Counted from the first letter of the stretch, positions 47,035 to 61,100 are shown. The stretch is 64,000 nucleotides of DNA from Podarcis muralis (GCF_964188315.1 NC_135656.1:16120001-16184000); one strand, 5' to 3'. Translations and numbers: made by a program. Notes: a model not told the origin generated them from the sequence alone.

Positions 47035-48819
47035 TTACTTTACAGCATAACCAATGATATGTGGCTGAATCGGTGTCCAGTGTAAGGGGACGTATATATG
47101 TTGCAGCTTTACATCTGAGAAATTTGCTTTGTCAAGAACACTCCAGATCTCTCTTGTTAAGCAGCATCCGTCAAAGAGAAGTTTCCATGTTGGGAAGAGA
47201 ACTTGCTGCCAAAAGTAGCACCAGCTTGAATGGTCTGCAGCCACGTGTTCCAAGAAATAAAATGCTCCACCCTAAAGGAAAGGAGGAGACCATTTGAACA
47301 ATAAGTATTCCAGGGAAATCAAGAGTGTAGGATGTTTTTGTGCATGATATAAGACCACTTTCAGTGCCTTAAAATCAATTTCACCAGGTATTTATTTTCC
47401 CCAAAATCTGACTGACCTACTTGTGCTTTGCTTCTTCCTTGCATAAATACCCGCGAAAATGTCAATATTCCAGTAGCTCGAAGGTCTAAGAGCTCCTACA
47501 TATGTATGTTATTACAATCTGTTGCAAGCTGCATTGAGGATCATTCAGTCAAAAGGCAAAATATACAGCTTCTGAATGAATATTAGACTTGGGGCATTCG
47601 CAAACATGTAAGCCCAAGGGCTGATTACCTGCCACTAGCAATCTCCCTTCTGTCTGACAGGGAAATTTAGTACAAGGTTGGGGTCCGTAGTCAGTGGTCC
47701 CAAAAGGAATGCCAAATAGACACAGGCTTCAGTGAAGCTTTAGGCCTTTGTCAAAAGGAACATACACAAAGTCAGTCTGGTAAGACAGATGTCTTCTAAA
47801 GGTTGTATAGTTACTTATTTCCTTGGCTCAGGGATCGCATAAATCCATACCCGCCGACATTTATCCAATGAAAATAGGGACCTCCTAAGGAAACGTGGGA
47901 CATTCCGGGATCGAATCAGAAACCGGGACGGCTTCTGTAACTCTGGGACTGTCCCTGGAAAATAGGGACACTCGGAAGGTCTGCAATCCTAGGCATGTTT
48001 ATTCGGAAGCAAAGTCCCATTTAGTTCAGTGGAGCTTACCTCCCGATAAGCATGCTTACAATTGCACTGTAACACACAGCTTCTTACCAGGCCTGTTCAG
48101 AGCTTGTCTGAGGTCTGGGGTGGGAGTCTTGTTATTGGCATGACAGCGTAAGTTTGGGAGACCCTGGCGAGGGCCCCCATGCCATCTTCGAGGTCTGGAG
48201 CAAGTGAACCCCGCTGCTCCCTTCCTTTGCATCGGCCTGCTGCCTACTATACCCCTCTGAAATTGCATCTCTAACCCACCATGTCTCTTTTGCTGCCCTC
48301 TCCCCCTCAAATACTCACCGGCTTGAGGACTCTGCAGACTTCGCTCAGAACACTTTGCATGTCCCGCACGGAGCAGAGGACCAAAGTGGAAACAACGACA
48401 TCGACGGAAGAATCGGCCACCTCCTGCAGATTCTCCGCCGGGGTCACCAAGAAGCTGTCAAACTGAAGGTGCTGGTTCTGGGCCATGCTTTTGGCTAGAC
48501 TCCGTTGAAAGTGGGGGTTGGGGTCTGTACAGGTGACCCTGCAGTTGGCCGGGAAGAACTGGAAGTTGGAGCCCGTGCCGGTTCCTATCTCCAGTAGCCG
48601 CAGCTGCCCCGAGGGGCCTGCAAACTCCAACAAGTTGCGGAACAGCTCTTGTTTCTGCCTTGACATCTTCTTGTTGTAACTGGGTGCAAACTTCTCCATG
48701 AAGGCCGGGAAGATCTTCTTGCAGTAGGGCTGCCATACGCCTAAGTACGACAGCACGTATATGGGAAGGGCTAGCAGCTGGAGGCAGAGACGGAGGCAGA
48801 AGACCAGGGCTGTTGCCAT
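47035..48819 (-). CDS. METTL7A: METTL7A/TMT1A-like thiol methyltransferase, copy M1 (245 aa)
   Basis: E1 48319-48819 (hydrophobic N-terminus, SAM motif LEIGTGTGSN, TLVLCSV), donor CCG|GTGAGT; E2 47035-47271 (GGAFYFLEHV...FWQQ...FDGC..TRE...PHIIGYAVK*). Two-exon layout and C-terminal GYAVK are characteristic of METTL7A. Confidence 0.92.
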
Positions 48820-49482
48820 TTCAACTCCTCCAGCCCAGTCTCGGATCTTTCACCCTCTTTTCCCCCTCGGAAGTCCAGAAGCAGGGGAAATAGCTTTGAG
48901 TTCTGTGCAAACATCAATATAGCCTATCTTGGAAAAGTTAGGACGTGGGTGGCTCTCTTTCCTCTATCATCGCTTAGTTCCAGTGCAGATCTCAAAGCAG
49001 GGTTGTGGACGAGGAGAGAGGAAGCTGCAAACTTCTTCCTAGGAACTTCCTAAGGATCACGTTACCCACTGACTTCCTCATTCAGCCTGAGCCTTTTGTT
49101 TTGACTGCCAAAAGCAGTCTTTGGCAATCTGCCAGAAGGGAAGGGAAGGAGGGTGACTGTGTAACTCTTTCTCCTCTGGTGTTCTGAAGCGCAAAAGCAG
49201 TTTGTTTTTTTTGCTTAACCCACAGCTTACTCAGATTTCTCTTACCTGTCACACATGTACACATGAGTGTGTACATATTTTTGTGAGGGGGAATAACTTG
49301 GGAAGGGCCTGGAGCTGGGGGCAGAGAGATATGAAGGCACACCTGTTTAGGGAAGTTTTTAATGTTTGATATTTTATCATGCTTTTAATATTCCGTTGGT
49401 AGCCTCCCAGAGTGGCTGGGGAAACCCAGCCAGATGGGCAGGGTATAAATAATAATAAAATTATTATTATTATTATTATTAT

Positions 49483-49523
<41 letters not shown>

Positions 49524-49628
49524 TGATTATTACCTGCATTTTCCATTCAGAGGCAGCTTAACCCAAGGGTTTATTTTTTTGTGGGGAGGGATTAAGAAAA
49601 AAATCTGTGGAGGATATAATCACATAAG

Positions 49629-49867
49629 AGAGCCAGTGTGGTGCAGTGGTTAAGAGCGGTAGTCTCGTAATCTGGGGAACCGGGTTCGCGTCCCCTCTCC
49701 TCCACATGCAGCTGCTGGGTGACCTTGGGCTAGTCACACTTCTTTGAAGTCTCTCAGCCTCACTCACCTCACAGAGTGTTTGTTGTGGGGGAGGAAGGGA
49801 AAGGAGAATGTTAGCCGCTTTGAGACTCCTTAAAGGGAGTGAAAGGCGGGATATCAAATCCAAACTC
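49629..49867 (+). mobile_element. tRNA-derived SINE (Squam3-like)
   Basis: tRNA-like head GTGGTGCAGTGGTTAAGAG...GGTTCG, body CTGGGTGACCTTGGGCTAGTCAC, tail GCGGGATATCAAATCCAAAC. Confidence 0.75.
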
Positions 49868-51121
49868 TATAACTGATTAACATGTAGCCAAAACTTAAGT
49901 GTTTAGAACAACGTACCCTCAAACATTTATCTGATGAAAATACAGACATCCTATTTAATAATAGTAATAATAATAATAATATTTTTTCTCATTTATACCC
50001 CGCCCATCTGCCTGGGTTGTCCCAGCCACTCTGGACCACTTCTAACATATATAAAAACCTAATTAAACGTTTAAAAAACTTCCCTATATAGGGCTGCCTT
50101 CAGATGCCTTCTAAAGGTTGTATATTTACTTATCTCCTTGGCTCGAGTGTCCCGTAACTCCATACCCTGCAATATTTCTCCGATGGAAATAGGGACGTGC
50201 TAAGGAAAAGCGGAATCATATCAGAAACCGGGATGGCTTCTGTAAATCCAGGCATGTCCCTGGAAAATAGGGACACTTGGGAGGGTCTGGAACAATTTGT
50301 TCCTGCTCTAACTCATCCAAGTTGTTCAGCTCAAAGCAGCCTTGCAATCTCTCCCCATAGCTTTCCCTTGATGTCACTGCAACCTTTTGCGCCTCGGGCA
50401 GGGATCTAAAGACCTACCTTCTCTGCTCATGTTTTACGGAGAGTTCTTTTGTGCAAAGGACGGCTGTTACAACGGCGGCTCATTTGGGGCTAAGGGCTGC
50501 CATTAGCCAGCTAGTTTGGCAAATGTAGCATCAGGATGAAAGGACCTTTCACGGAAAGTTCAGTTTAACCCCACTGTTCGCCAACTCACTGCCCGACACA
50601 CACCTCTTCAAAAAGCACTTTAATTGCTGGATTGTCTGTTCTATAGAGACATAATCCCTCTTGTACTGCAGCCCTATTTTGCCCCTGTTTTCATCTTCAC
50701 CCTCCTGTCCATAGCTTCTTTTCTGCCTCCTTTTTGCAACCCCACTTATGCTCAGACCACACTCATAGTAACTGCCTGAACCTTCATCCCCAGTCCCACG
50801 CCTCCTTTTTTGCAGCCCCACTTTGGCACTCCCTCCTTTTCACTTTCACCCCTCTTTTCTCCTCTTTTTTTTCAAACTCCCCTTGCACCATCCTCATTTC
50901 CATGGCTCCTCAACCCTCCTGTTCTGCAGATATGTTACTGTACTCTTAAGAGGAATGGAACCTTAACAGCAAATCTGCCAGTTTGTTCAGTTAGAGAAGG
51001 CTGTGTGGAGAAGGGAGAGCATCTCATGCCTCCTTACTTTCCCGGCTGCTGCACAACAGCCCTGCAGTGCTGCCAGTTGAGTCTTAAGTCTCCAGCAGTT
51101 GCTGCCACCGCCACCCAATAA

Positions 51122-51509
51122 GGGGAGCAGGTGGCGCTGTGGCCTAAACCACCGAGCCTCTTGGGCTTGCCAATCGGAAGGTCGGCAGTTTCAATCCGCT
51201 CAATGGTGGTGAGCTCCCATTGCCGTGTCCCAGCTCCTGCCAACTTAGCAGTTCGAAAGCACACCAACACAAGTAGATAAATAGGTACTGCTGCGGCGGG
51301 AAGGTAAATGGCGTTTCCATGCGCTCTGGTTTCCGTCACGGTGTCCGTTGCACCAGAAGCAGTTTAGCCATGCTGGCCACATGACCTGGAAAGCTGTCTG
51401 TGGACAAACGCCGGCATCCTCAGCCTGAAAGCGAGATGAGCGCCACAACCCCATAGTCGCCTTTGACTGGACTTAACCGTCTGGGGGTCCTTTACCTTTC
51501 TACCTTTTA
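51122..51509 (-). mobile_element. Sauria-type SINE
   Basis: Full reverse-complement copy; approximate ends. Confidence 0.78.
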
Positions 51510-53208
51510 CCACCAGCCTCATTTTTAGGCATCACCCACAGTCCCAGAACCCAAGAGGTGGAAGTGGGGGGGACTGGGGCTGCGCCAAAGCAATTCATTT
51601 TTTTATTTGGAAAAAAAAGACTCCTAGCAACTGCACCCTGCACTCCTCACCTGCACACAATGTAATGGGGAAAGGGCTAACTTCCAGCTGCCTTATCCCA
51701 CTCCAAGATCAAAGCCGCTCCACCCACCCACCCACATCTTAAAGCCCTGGAACATTGGGACCAATGCACCCCCCATTTCCCAGACCGTTCGCTTACACGT
51801 TGCTCACAGTGTAAAAGCAGGCCACGCTCCCCGTCTTTCCGAGATCAAAGAAGAATGTGCTGGTTTCTTACGATGCTGATCTTCAACATTCAAATTAGCA
51901 TGAATTCCATGCACATGGGGATTCCAGAACCCTGAGGTTGGTTACTGCACACACTTAAGCGGTCAAACTGTGAAGCTTTATTAGAAATAAAAGGGGAAGC
52001 AGGTAGAGGAAGCAGAATACAAAAATAAACCAAAGCGCTGCAGGACAGGGGTCACCAAACTTTCTGAGGCTGAGCTGTGGTGTGGCGTGGATCGGGGTGG
52101 TTTCCCTGGGTGCAAAATTTTAACACCCAGTGCTGCTTCAATACAGCTGTGTGGTTTCATCAGTGGACTCTGTTGAAGACGACTTCTCCATGTGAACCAG
52201 GAAGTGACCTCTTCAGAAAACGGAACGACTCTTCTTATCTCTGCAGCTGCGATCTCCTGGGTGACACGGATGCCATGAGGCATATATACCTCACCTGTTT
52301 CCCTTCATCCCACCCACCCCCTCCACGCAGCCACAGGCGCTGGCATGCCACGCTCTGCCACTGAGCCTGAGGGAACATTAGCAAACCTGATAAGCTGTTG
52401 TGGGCACACTCCACAACCTGTTATACCGGCTGCAGTAAGATGTTGCTCTTTTTTAAAAAATAATTTTTAATTAAATTTTCCATTTTAACAATCCAATCAA
52501 ATCACATTAAATATTCCAAATTATACAATTAAATATCATATAGTCCAAATATTCTGCCAAATTTTAAATTTTTATTGGGACTTCCCATGCTTCAAGTTCG
52601 GGGGGGGGGCGCTCTGATCATCTCATATCTCTGCTGCCTTGAGTTTCTAATAGTTCCTTTAAATCTTCCTGTTGTTAACCTTCAGTAAAATTTTGCTTTA
52701 AGTGCAGGGAAGGGACTCCGTGGGTTTCAGGAAAGGCCTCTGTTAGCACGCGTTTGCCTGCAAGCACCACACTGGTAGCATCCGCAATAGGAACCTCTCA
52801 ATCATCTTCCAAATTAAAAAGAAATTCTGTTTAAGATAATCAACAATGGCTGATATCCCAACCTCCATGGGGACCAGATGCTTCCAGGGAGAATAGTAAT
52901 GGTAGTTCATGCATGCTCACGTATAAGTGAATGAGGCAAGCCCAAGCTATGTGTTATGGCAACGTTCACATCTGCATGGGAGCAGCTGGATTGTGGAAAG
53001 TGAAGGTAGCTGGACAGTCTGTCAAGCAGAAATAAAAAATGGATTGGCGATAAGATACATGTGTGTGCATCCAATTACAGATTGCACAAGAGCTTCACAG
53101 CCCATAGGTGACATAGTGATGGGCTGTGCTATAATTCTAATGATTAGGTTCTACACCTCAACCCAGAGACACCTGCATGAAGATCTTGTTCAGTAATTTA
53201 TTTCCAAG

Positions 53209-55515
53209 CTACTTTACAGCATAACCTATGATATGCGGCCTAATAGGGGGCAATATTAAAGGGGCATGTATGTGCCGTAGCTTCAGCTCTGAGAAGCCAG
53301 CTTTTTCCAGGACTTTCCAGGTTTCTCTGGTCATGTGGCACCCGTCAAACAGACATGTCCAAGTTGGATCAGAGATCTGCTGCCAGAAAAGAGTCCAGCT
53401 GGAAGGAGCACCTGCAACGTGTTCTAGGAAGTAGTAAGCGCCACCCTGGAGAAACAGAAATGGAAGCATATAAGTTACTTTCTATTCTCCTTTGGAGTTC
53501 CTCAGATATTCCTTTGCACAATCAGCGCTAATGGTATCAGAGTGCTGTTAATTTTTCATGGCAACAGCCACTGTTCCCCTGAATTCTGTCCTGAATCTTC
53601 CCACATTCAGCTGCATTGGATGGCTTTGGGGTTCTGGTCTTATGAGAAGAACATGGAGAGCTCAGTTGGTTAGAGCATGGGGCTGAGAACGGCAAGGTTG
53701 CAGGTTCGATCCCTGTACGGGACAGCTGCATATTCCTGCCTTGTAGGGGGTTGGACTAGATGATCCTCAGGCTCCCTTCTAAGGCTCCCTTGTAATTCTC
53801 TGTCCGATTTCTCCATTTCGAACATCACATTACACATCTCCATCATTTGCCTTTTCTCACAGCTGCTACAAGCTGGGTCAACATCTTCACCAAACTATCT
53901 GCTATGGCTGCAAAGTCTCATCCCTGGTCACTTACCACCAATTCAGATTCCTGAGGTTATACGTGATTTTATTTTTATTTATCACCCCCAAATCACTCTA
54001 CACTTGATTACTTTGAACTTCACAGGCCATTTTAATGCCCATTCGCTCAGTTCGGAGCAGGAGTGCCAACTTGAATAAAATATTGGGGAAGGCCAGGTAT
54101 GCCCCTCCCCATATAATCAACCACAAGAAGTAGTACACAGACACACTCCATTTTAATCGTATTGCCCATCACCTATGGGGGTTCCTGGCCACTCAAATAT
54201 TTTACTCGTGGGGTCAATGGGACCTCGGCCCCTAGGAGTTGGTTCTATGATTTGGAGAAATCCTTTTGGAGCTTTTCACAACTGCTTTTTGCCAACGTGA
54301 AAAATTGTCAAACTTGACCCCAGTTCAGTCCTTGGACATGTTAAGGATTAACAGGTTGAGTTTAAGGGCTCGTTTCTCAAATAACTGATTGTGCAAACTG
54401 TAAATTCAAGTATACTGTGAAGTGGTATGTAAACTGTTAAAAATTCTGAAGTTTATTCATGTTGGGTGCTTTTAGGATTGTGAACTGGGATAACTAACGG
54501 ACCTTTTGGGCCCAAGGTTGCAGTCATGCTTAGCAAACCCTTTGAGAGCTGCATGCCAATGCTGAGATGGTCCAAAACTCAGTATGGATCCATACAGATG
54601 TAAGAGTTGAAAAGGGGAGCTATCCCTTTTCCTGGTTCATCAAATCAATTAACTGATGACCGAGGAGAGGGCAATTTACATCCCCACCAGGCCACTGGGC
54701 TTGAAGGAGAGGTTTAAATAACTTCATCCACCCTAGTACCCTGGCAGGTGTTTAACTAAGTAGACCTATTGAAATTATGGTAATCGCGGTGACTAAGAGA
54801 GGTTCATTCATTTTAATAGGTCTACTCTGCACTGAATGCTACCTTATTTCATTTTTTGTGGCAGCTGTCCAAATTGGTGGTGTTGCAGGGAGAAAGATAA
54901 TAACTGTTTGGTCTGGATCATGTCCCTATGCTAAGAGTCCTGGATTTACATCCCGGTTTCTGATTTGATCCTGGAATGTCCTGCTTTTCCTCAGTCCCTA
55001 TTTTCATCAGAGAAATGTTGGAGGATATGGAGTTATGTGACCCCCCAAGGCAAGGAGAAGACATCTGAAGGCAGCCCTGTATAGGGATTTAAAAAAAAAT
55101 GTTTTATGTTTTATTATGTTTTTATGTATGTTGAAAGCAACCCAGAGTGGTTGGGGCAACCAATAATACAACTGCTGCTGCTGCTGTTTAATAGGATGTC
55201 CCTATTTTCATCAAATAAATGTTGGAGGGTATGGGATCTGTCACTAGAGTCAGTTAACAGCTTAGCCAAGGGTGATTTTGAGTTTGCCCCCGACTTTGCC
55301 AGTTTCATTGGTGAGCAGAGATGGAAGATGTCAAGGAAATCTCAGTGGGTGAAACAGATACATTTTACTCACTATACTTCGAAAGGAAAGAGAGGCTATA
55401 ATGTGTTTAAAAAGCCATTCCCAAACATTCATCATTTTTTTTATTTTATTTTTAAAAAAAGGCAGGTGGGGATAGACACAAAACAAATGCAGAGAGGCTG
55501 AAATGTGAGAATGAG

Positions 55516-55564
<49 letters not shown>

Positions 55565-56762
55565 TTATTTATTCATTCATTCATACATACATACAAGTTT
55601 CCCCAGCCACTCTGGATGGCTCCCAAAAGAATATTAAAAACACGATAAAAGATCAAACATTAAAAACGTCCCTAAACAGGGCTGCCTTCAGATGTCTTCT
55701 AAAAGTTTATTTCCTTGGCAGGGCGTTCCACAGGGTGGGTGCCACTACCGAGAAGGCCCTCTGTCTGGTTCCCTTCACTGCTCAAAGTGAGCGAACCGCC
55801 AGAAGGCCCTCGGAGCTGGATCTCAGTGTCCGGCTGAACGACGGGAGTGGAGAGGCAGCTTCAGGTATACTGGGCCTTCCTGCCCAACCCTCTTATCAGT
55901 TTCAACATGAGAGACAAGCATGTTTAAAAATTTGCTTTGGTCTTTCACAAGTGCGCAACAACAACGGACAAAATAATAAGAGGCATGTCTAGATTTGTCT
56001 AAAGTGCCCTCAATAACACAGAGTGTAGGATTGTTTCTTCCTAACTGTAGTTAGGGAGAAAAGCAAGGGAGTGATCCCAACATTTGCAACTTAAGAGAAT
56101 GTAAATAGCTCAGAAGCCAGTTGGTTTACGCAGAAACAACCAGGGATCTGAATCCATCTACCTGCATTTGTGATTCCCCAATGGAAATAGAATTGACTAA
56201 CACCCGAGAAGACACATGCCCCTGCAGTTACTGAATTGTCCTTGTTCTTCCCACTTACCGGTCTCAGCACCCGCAGAACTTCTTTCATAACTTGCTCGGG
56301 GCTCTTCACAGAGCATAGCACCAGCGTTGAAACCACCACATCCACCGATGCAGCTGGTACCTGGTGCAGGTCCTCAGCCGGAGCCACCAAACAGCGTTCC
56401 ACCTCCACGTGTGGATTTTCAGCCAGGCTTTTGTTGTAAAACTTCTGGAAGTTGGGGTTCGGATCAGTGCATATGATTTTGCATCCCGCGGGGTAGAACT
56501 GAAAGTTGGTGCCTGTTCCTGCACCAATCTCCAACAGTGTGAGGGCTCCCGTAGGACTGGCAAAGTCCTTCAGGTTGCTGAACATTTCCTTTTTCTTGTC
56601 AGACATATACCTGTTATAAAGGATGGACGCCACGGACAAGAAGTAGGGGAATAACTTCTTGCAAAGGGGCTCCCAGATACCCAGATACCACAGCAAGTAA
56701 ACAGGGAAGGCTAATATCTGGACGCATAACCTGAGCAGGACAACTAGGTATGTTGCTTCCAT
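53209..56762 (-). CDS. METTL7A: METTL7A/TMT1A-like thiol methyltransferase, copy M2 (246 aa)
   Basis: E1 56259-56762 (168 codons, LEIGAGTGTN), donor CCG|GTAAGT; E2 53209-53445 (78 codons plus stop). Frame intact. Confidence 0.92.
53655..53782 (+). mobile_element. Short tRNA-derived SINE (duplicated at 58589-58715)
   Basis: A-box AGCTCAGTTGG and B-box GGTTCGATCCC followed by the non-tRNA tail GGGGGTTGGACTAGATGA. Confidence 0.7.
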
Positions 56763-56829
56763 GTTAGCAAGAGGGCAGAAAACAGCAAAGTCAGAGGAGA
56801 AGAGAAAGCGCCCAGCGTTGGGCGTCATG

Positions 56830-56862
56830 TATTTAAAGACTCTAACCCCTCCTCCGAATTGG
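56830..56862 (-). promoter_or_regulatory. Putative TATA-like and CCAAT boxes of M2
   Basis: Minus-strand TTTAAATA (56830-56837) and CCAAT (56858-56862), about 70 and 100 bp upstream of the ATG at 56762. Confidence 0.4.
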
Positions 56863-57066
56863 CCACAATCAAAACTCCCCAGTAACCCAATTTAACTAAT
56901 TATGCCTTGGGTTATCCGATTCTGCCCAGCAACAACAGGGTGGCTTGTATCCCTCAACCGCAACACGTGCTCTCTGTTAGGGAGAACACGCTGTACTAGA
57001 GCCCTTGGCAGTGACCACACTGGCTGCAAGATCTCAAAGGGTGGAGAGGGATGTTGTTCATAAACT

Positions 57067-57120
<54 letters not shown>

Positions 57121-57544
57121 ACCAATAACCTTGCCCCTGTCAGAGGGAACTTAAAAACTGTATTTGCTGTCTTTAAGAGGGAAATAATCTCATTTAGGGG
57201 GTATTCTAACACTTTATTGCAGACATACCCCGCGGTCCTAAATGCCGGATTTACGTATAAGCTAAACAAGTTATAGCTTAGGGCCCCACTGTCTTGGAGG
57301 CTCCCCCTCAAATTTGAAGGAAACCAAACTTGTACATTTCCAAAATATAAGATAAAAAACAAATAAAACAAAACATACATACACCAACACTGTTTTGTGT
57401 TGTGTAGGCTTTAAGTGCAGGGAAGGGACTCCGTGAGTTTCAGGAAAGGTCTCTGTTAGCACCACACTGGCAGCACCTGCGATAGGAACCTCTCAGTCAT
57501 CTTCCAAATTAAAAAGAAATTCTGTTAAAGGTAATCGACAATGG

Positions 57545-57783
57545 TGTGGTGTAGTGGTTAAGAGTGGTGGACATGTAATCTGGTGAACTGGGTTTGCTTC
57601 CCCGCTCTTCCACATACAGCTGCTGGGTGACCTTGGGCTAGTCACACTTCTCTGAAGTCTCTCAGCCTCACTCACCTTACAGAGTGTTTTTTGTGGAGGA
57701 GGAAGGGAAAGGAGATTGTTAGCCACTTTGAGACTCCTTAAGGGGAGTGAAAGGCGGGATATCAAGTCCAAACTCTTCTTCTT
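57545..57783 (+). mobile_element. Squam3-like SINE inserted only in duplication unit 2
   Basis: Empty site CAATGG|CTGATATC near 52845 in unit 1; (CTT)n tail. Confidence 0.82.
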
Positions 57784-58142
57784 CTGATATCCCAACCTCC
57801 ATGGGGATCAGATGCTTCCAGAGAGAATAGTAATGGTAGTTCATGCATGCTCACGTGGAAGTGAATGAGGCAAGCCCAAGCTATGTGTTATGGCAACATT
57901 CACATCTGCATGGGAGTAGCTGGATTGTGGAAAGTGAAGGTAGCTGGACAGTTTGTCAAGCAGAAATAAAAAATGGATTGGCGATAACATACATGTGTGT
58001 GCATCCAATTACAGATTGCACAAGAGCTTCACAGGCCATAGGTGACATAGTGATGGGCTGTGCTATAATTCTAATGATTAGGTTCTACACCGCAACCCAG
58101 AGAAACCTGCATGGAGATCTTGTTCAGTAATTTATTTCCAAG

Positions 58143-61100
58143 CTACTTTACAGCATAACCTATGATATGCGGCCTAATAGGGGGCCATTTTAAAGGGGCA
58201 TCTATGTGCCGTAGCTTCAGCTCTGAGAAGCCAGCTTTTTCCAGGTCGTTCCAGGTTTCTCTGGTCATGTGGCACCCGTCAAACAGACATATCCAAGTTG
58301 GATCATAGATCTGCTGCCAGAAGAGAGTCCAGCTGGAAGGAGCACCTGCAACGTGTTCTAGGAAGTAGAAAGCGCCACCCTGGAGAAAAAGAAATGGATG
58401 CATATAAGTTACTTTCTATTCTCCTTTGGAGTTCCTCAGATATTCCTTTGCACAATCAGCGCTAATGGTATCAGAGTGCTGTTAATTTTTCATGGCAACA
58501 GCCACTGTTCCCCTGAATTCTGTCCTGAATCTTTCCACATTCAGTTGCATTGGATGGCTTTGGGGTTCTAGTCTTATGAGAAGAACATGGAGAGCTCAGT
58601 GGGTTAGAGCGTGGTGCTGAGAATGGCAAGGTTGCAGGTTCGATCCCTGTACGGGACAGCTGCTTATTCCTGCCTTGTAGGGGGTTGGACTAGATGATCC
58701 TCAGGCTCCCTTCTAATTCTACAATTCTATGATTTCTCTGTCTGCTTTCTCCATTCCAAGCATAACATTACACATCTCCATATTTGCCTTTTCTCACAGC
58801 TGCTACAAGCTGGGTCAACCTCTTCACCAAACTATCTGCTATGGCTGCAAAGTCTCATCCCTGGTCACTTACCACCAATTCAGATTCCTGAGGTTATACG
58901 TGATTTTATTTTTATTTATCACCCCCAAATCACTCTACTTTTGATTACTTTGAACTTCATTGGCCATTTTAATGCCCATTCGCTCAGTTTGGAGAAGGAG
59001 TGCCAACTTGAATAAAATATTGGGGAAGGCCAGGTATGCCCCTCCCCATATAATCAACCACAAGAAGTAGTACACAGACACACTCCATTTTAATCGTATT
59101 GCCCATCACCTATGGGGGTTCCTGGCCCCCTCAAATGTTTTATTCGTGGGGTCAGTGGGACCTCGGCCCCTAGGAGTTGGTCCTATGGTTTGGAGAAATC
59201 CTTTTGGAGCTTTTCACAACCCCTTTTTGCATTAACCAACGTGAAAAATTTGGTATCATTGTCAAACTTGACCCCAGTTCAGTCCTTGGACATGTTAAGG
59301 ATTAACAGGTTGAGTTTAAGGGCTCGTTTCTCAAATAACTGATTGTGAAAACTAAATTCATGTACCGGTACACTGTGAACTGGTATGTAAACTGTTCAGA
59401 ATTCCGAAGTTTATTTATGTTGGGTGCTTTTAGGATTGTGAACTGGGATAACTAACGAACCTTTTGGGCCCAAGGTTGCAGTCATGCTTAGCAAACCCTT
59501 TGAGAGCTGCATGCCAATGCTGAGATGGTCCAAAACTCAGTATGGATCCATACAGATGTAAGAGTTGAAAAGGGGAGCTATCCCTTTTTCCTGGTTCATC
59601 AAATAAATTAACTGATGACCGAGGAGAGGGCAATTTACATCCCCACCAGGCCACTGGGCTTGAAGGAGAGGTTTAAATAACTTCATCCACCCTAGTACCC
59701 TGGCAGGTGTTTAACTAAGTAGACCTATTGAAATTACGGTAATCACGGTGACTAAGAGAGGTTCATTCATTTTAATAGGTCTACTCTGCACTGAATGCTA
59801 CCTTATTTCATTTTTTGTGGCAGCTGTCCAAATTGGTGGTGTTGCAGGGAGAAAGATAATAACTGTTTGGTCTGGATCATGTCCCTATGCTAAGAGTTCT
59901 GGATTTACGTCCTGGTTTCTGATTTGATCCTGGAATGTCCTACTTTACCTCAGTCCCTATTTTCATCAGATAAATGTTAGAGGATGTGGAGTTATGTGAC
60001 CCCCCAAGCCAAGGAGATAAGTAACTATACAACCTTTAGAAAACATCTGAAGGCAGCCCTGTATAGGGATTAAAAAAAAAATGTTTTATGTTTTATCATG
60101 TTTTTATGTATGTTGAAAGCCGCCCTTAGTAGTTGGGGCAATCAATAATACAATTGCTGCTGTTGTTGTTTAATAGGATGTTCCTATTTTCATCAAATAA
60201 ATGTTGGAGGGTATGGGATCTGTCACTAGAGTTAGTTAACAGCTTAGCCAAGGGTGATTTTGAGTTTCCCCCCGACTTTGCCAGTTTCATTGGTAAGCAG
60301 AGATGGAAGATGTCAAGGAAATCTCAGTGGGTGAAACAGATACATTTTACTCACTATACTTCGAAAGGAAAAAGAGGCTATAATGTGTTTAAAAAGCCAT
60401 TCCCAAACATGCATCATTCTATTATTATTTTTTTTAAGGCAGGTGGGGATAGACACAAAACAAATGCAGAGAGGCTGAAATGTGAGAATGAGGAATAATA
60501 ATAATAATTTATTTATTTATTTATTTATTCATTCATACATACAAGTTTCCCCAGCCACTCTGGATGGCTCCCAACAGAATATTAAAAACACGATAAAAGA
60601 TCAAACATTAAAAACGTCCCTAAAGAGGGCTGTCTTGAGATGTCTTCTAAAAGTTTATTTCCTTGGCAGGGCGTTCCACAGGGTGGGCGCCACTACCGAG
60701 AAGGCCCTCTGTCTGGTTCCCTTCACTGCTCAAAGTGAGCGAACCGCCAGAAGGCCCTCGGAGCTGGATCTCAGTGTCCGGCTGAACGACGGGAGTGGAG
60801 AGGCTGCTTCAGGTATACTGGGCCTTCCTGCCCAACCCTCTTATCCGTTTCAACATGAGAGACAAGCATGTTTAAAATTTCGCTTTGCTCTTTCACAAGT
60901 GCACAATGGACAATATAATAAGAGGCATGTCTTTATCTGTCTAAGGTACCCTCAATAACACAGAGTGTGGGATTGTTTCTTCCTAACTGTAGTTAGGGAG
61001 AAAAGCAAGGGAGTGATCCCAATATTTGCAACTTATGAGAATGTAAATAGCTCAGAAGCAAGTTGGTTTACGCAGAAACAACAAGGGATCCGAATCCATC

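Noticed and set aside
47787-50290. Same L2-tail plus MITE composite on both sides of M1 exon 1 (also about 54960-55085 and 59920-60065)
   Set aside because: It occurs several times in both orientations and looks like an ordinary interspersed composite family, not a locus-specific structure.
50549-50821. Purine-rich 90-aa minus-strand ORF upstream of M1
   Set aside because: No recognisable motif or splice context; probably a decayed repeat that I cannot classify.
53655-53730. tRNA gene (also 58589, 49629, 57545)
   Set aside because: A and B boxes are present, but the sequence continues into SINE body and tail and no full cloverleaf is evident.
56763-56828. 22-aa N-terminal extension of M2 from an upstream in-frame ATG
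   Set aside because: That ATG abuts the TATA-like box, so it is probably upstream of the transcription start. It is absent in M3, and MEAT... aligns with the METTL7A start.
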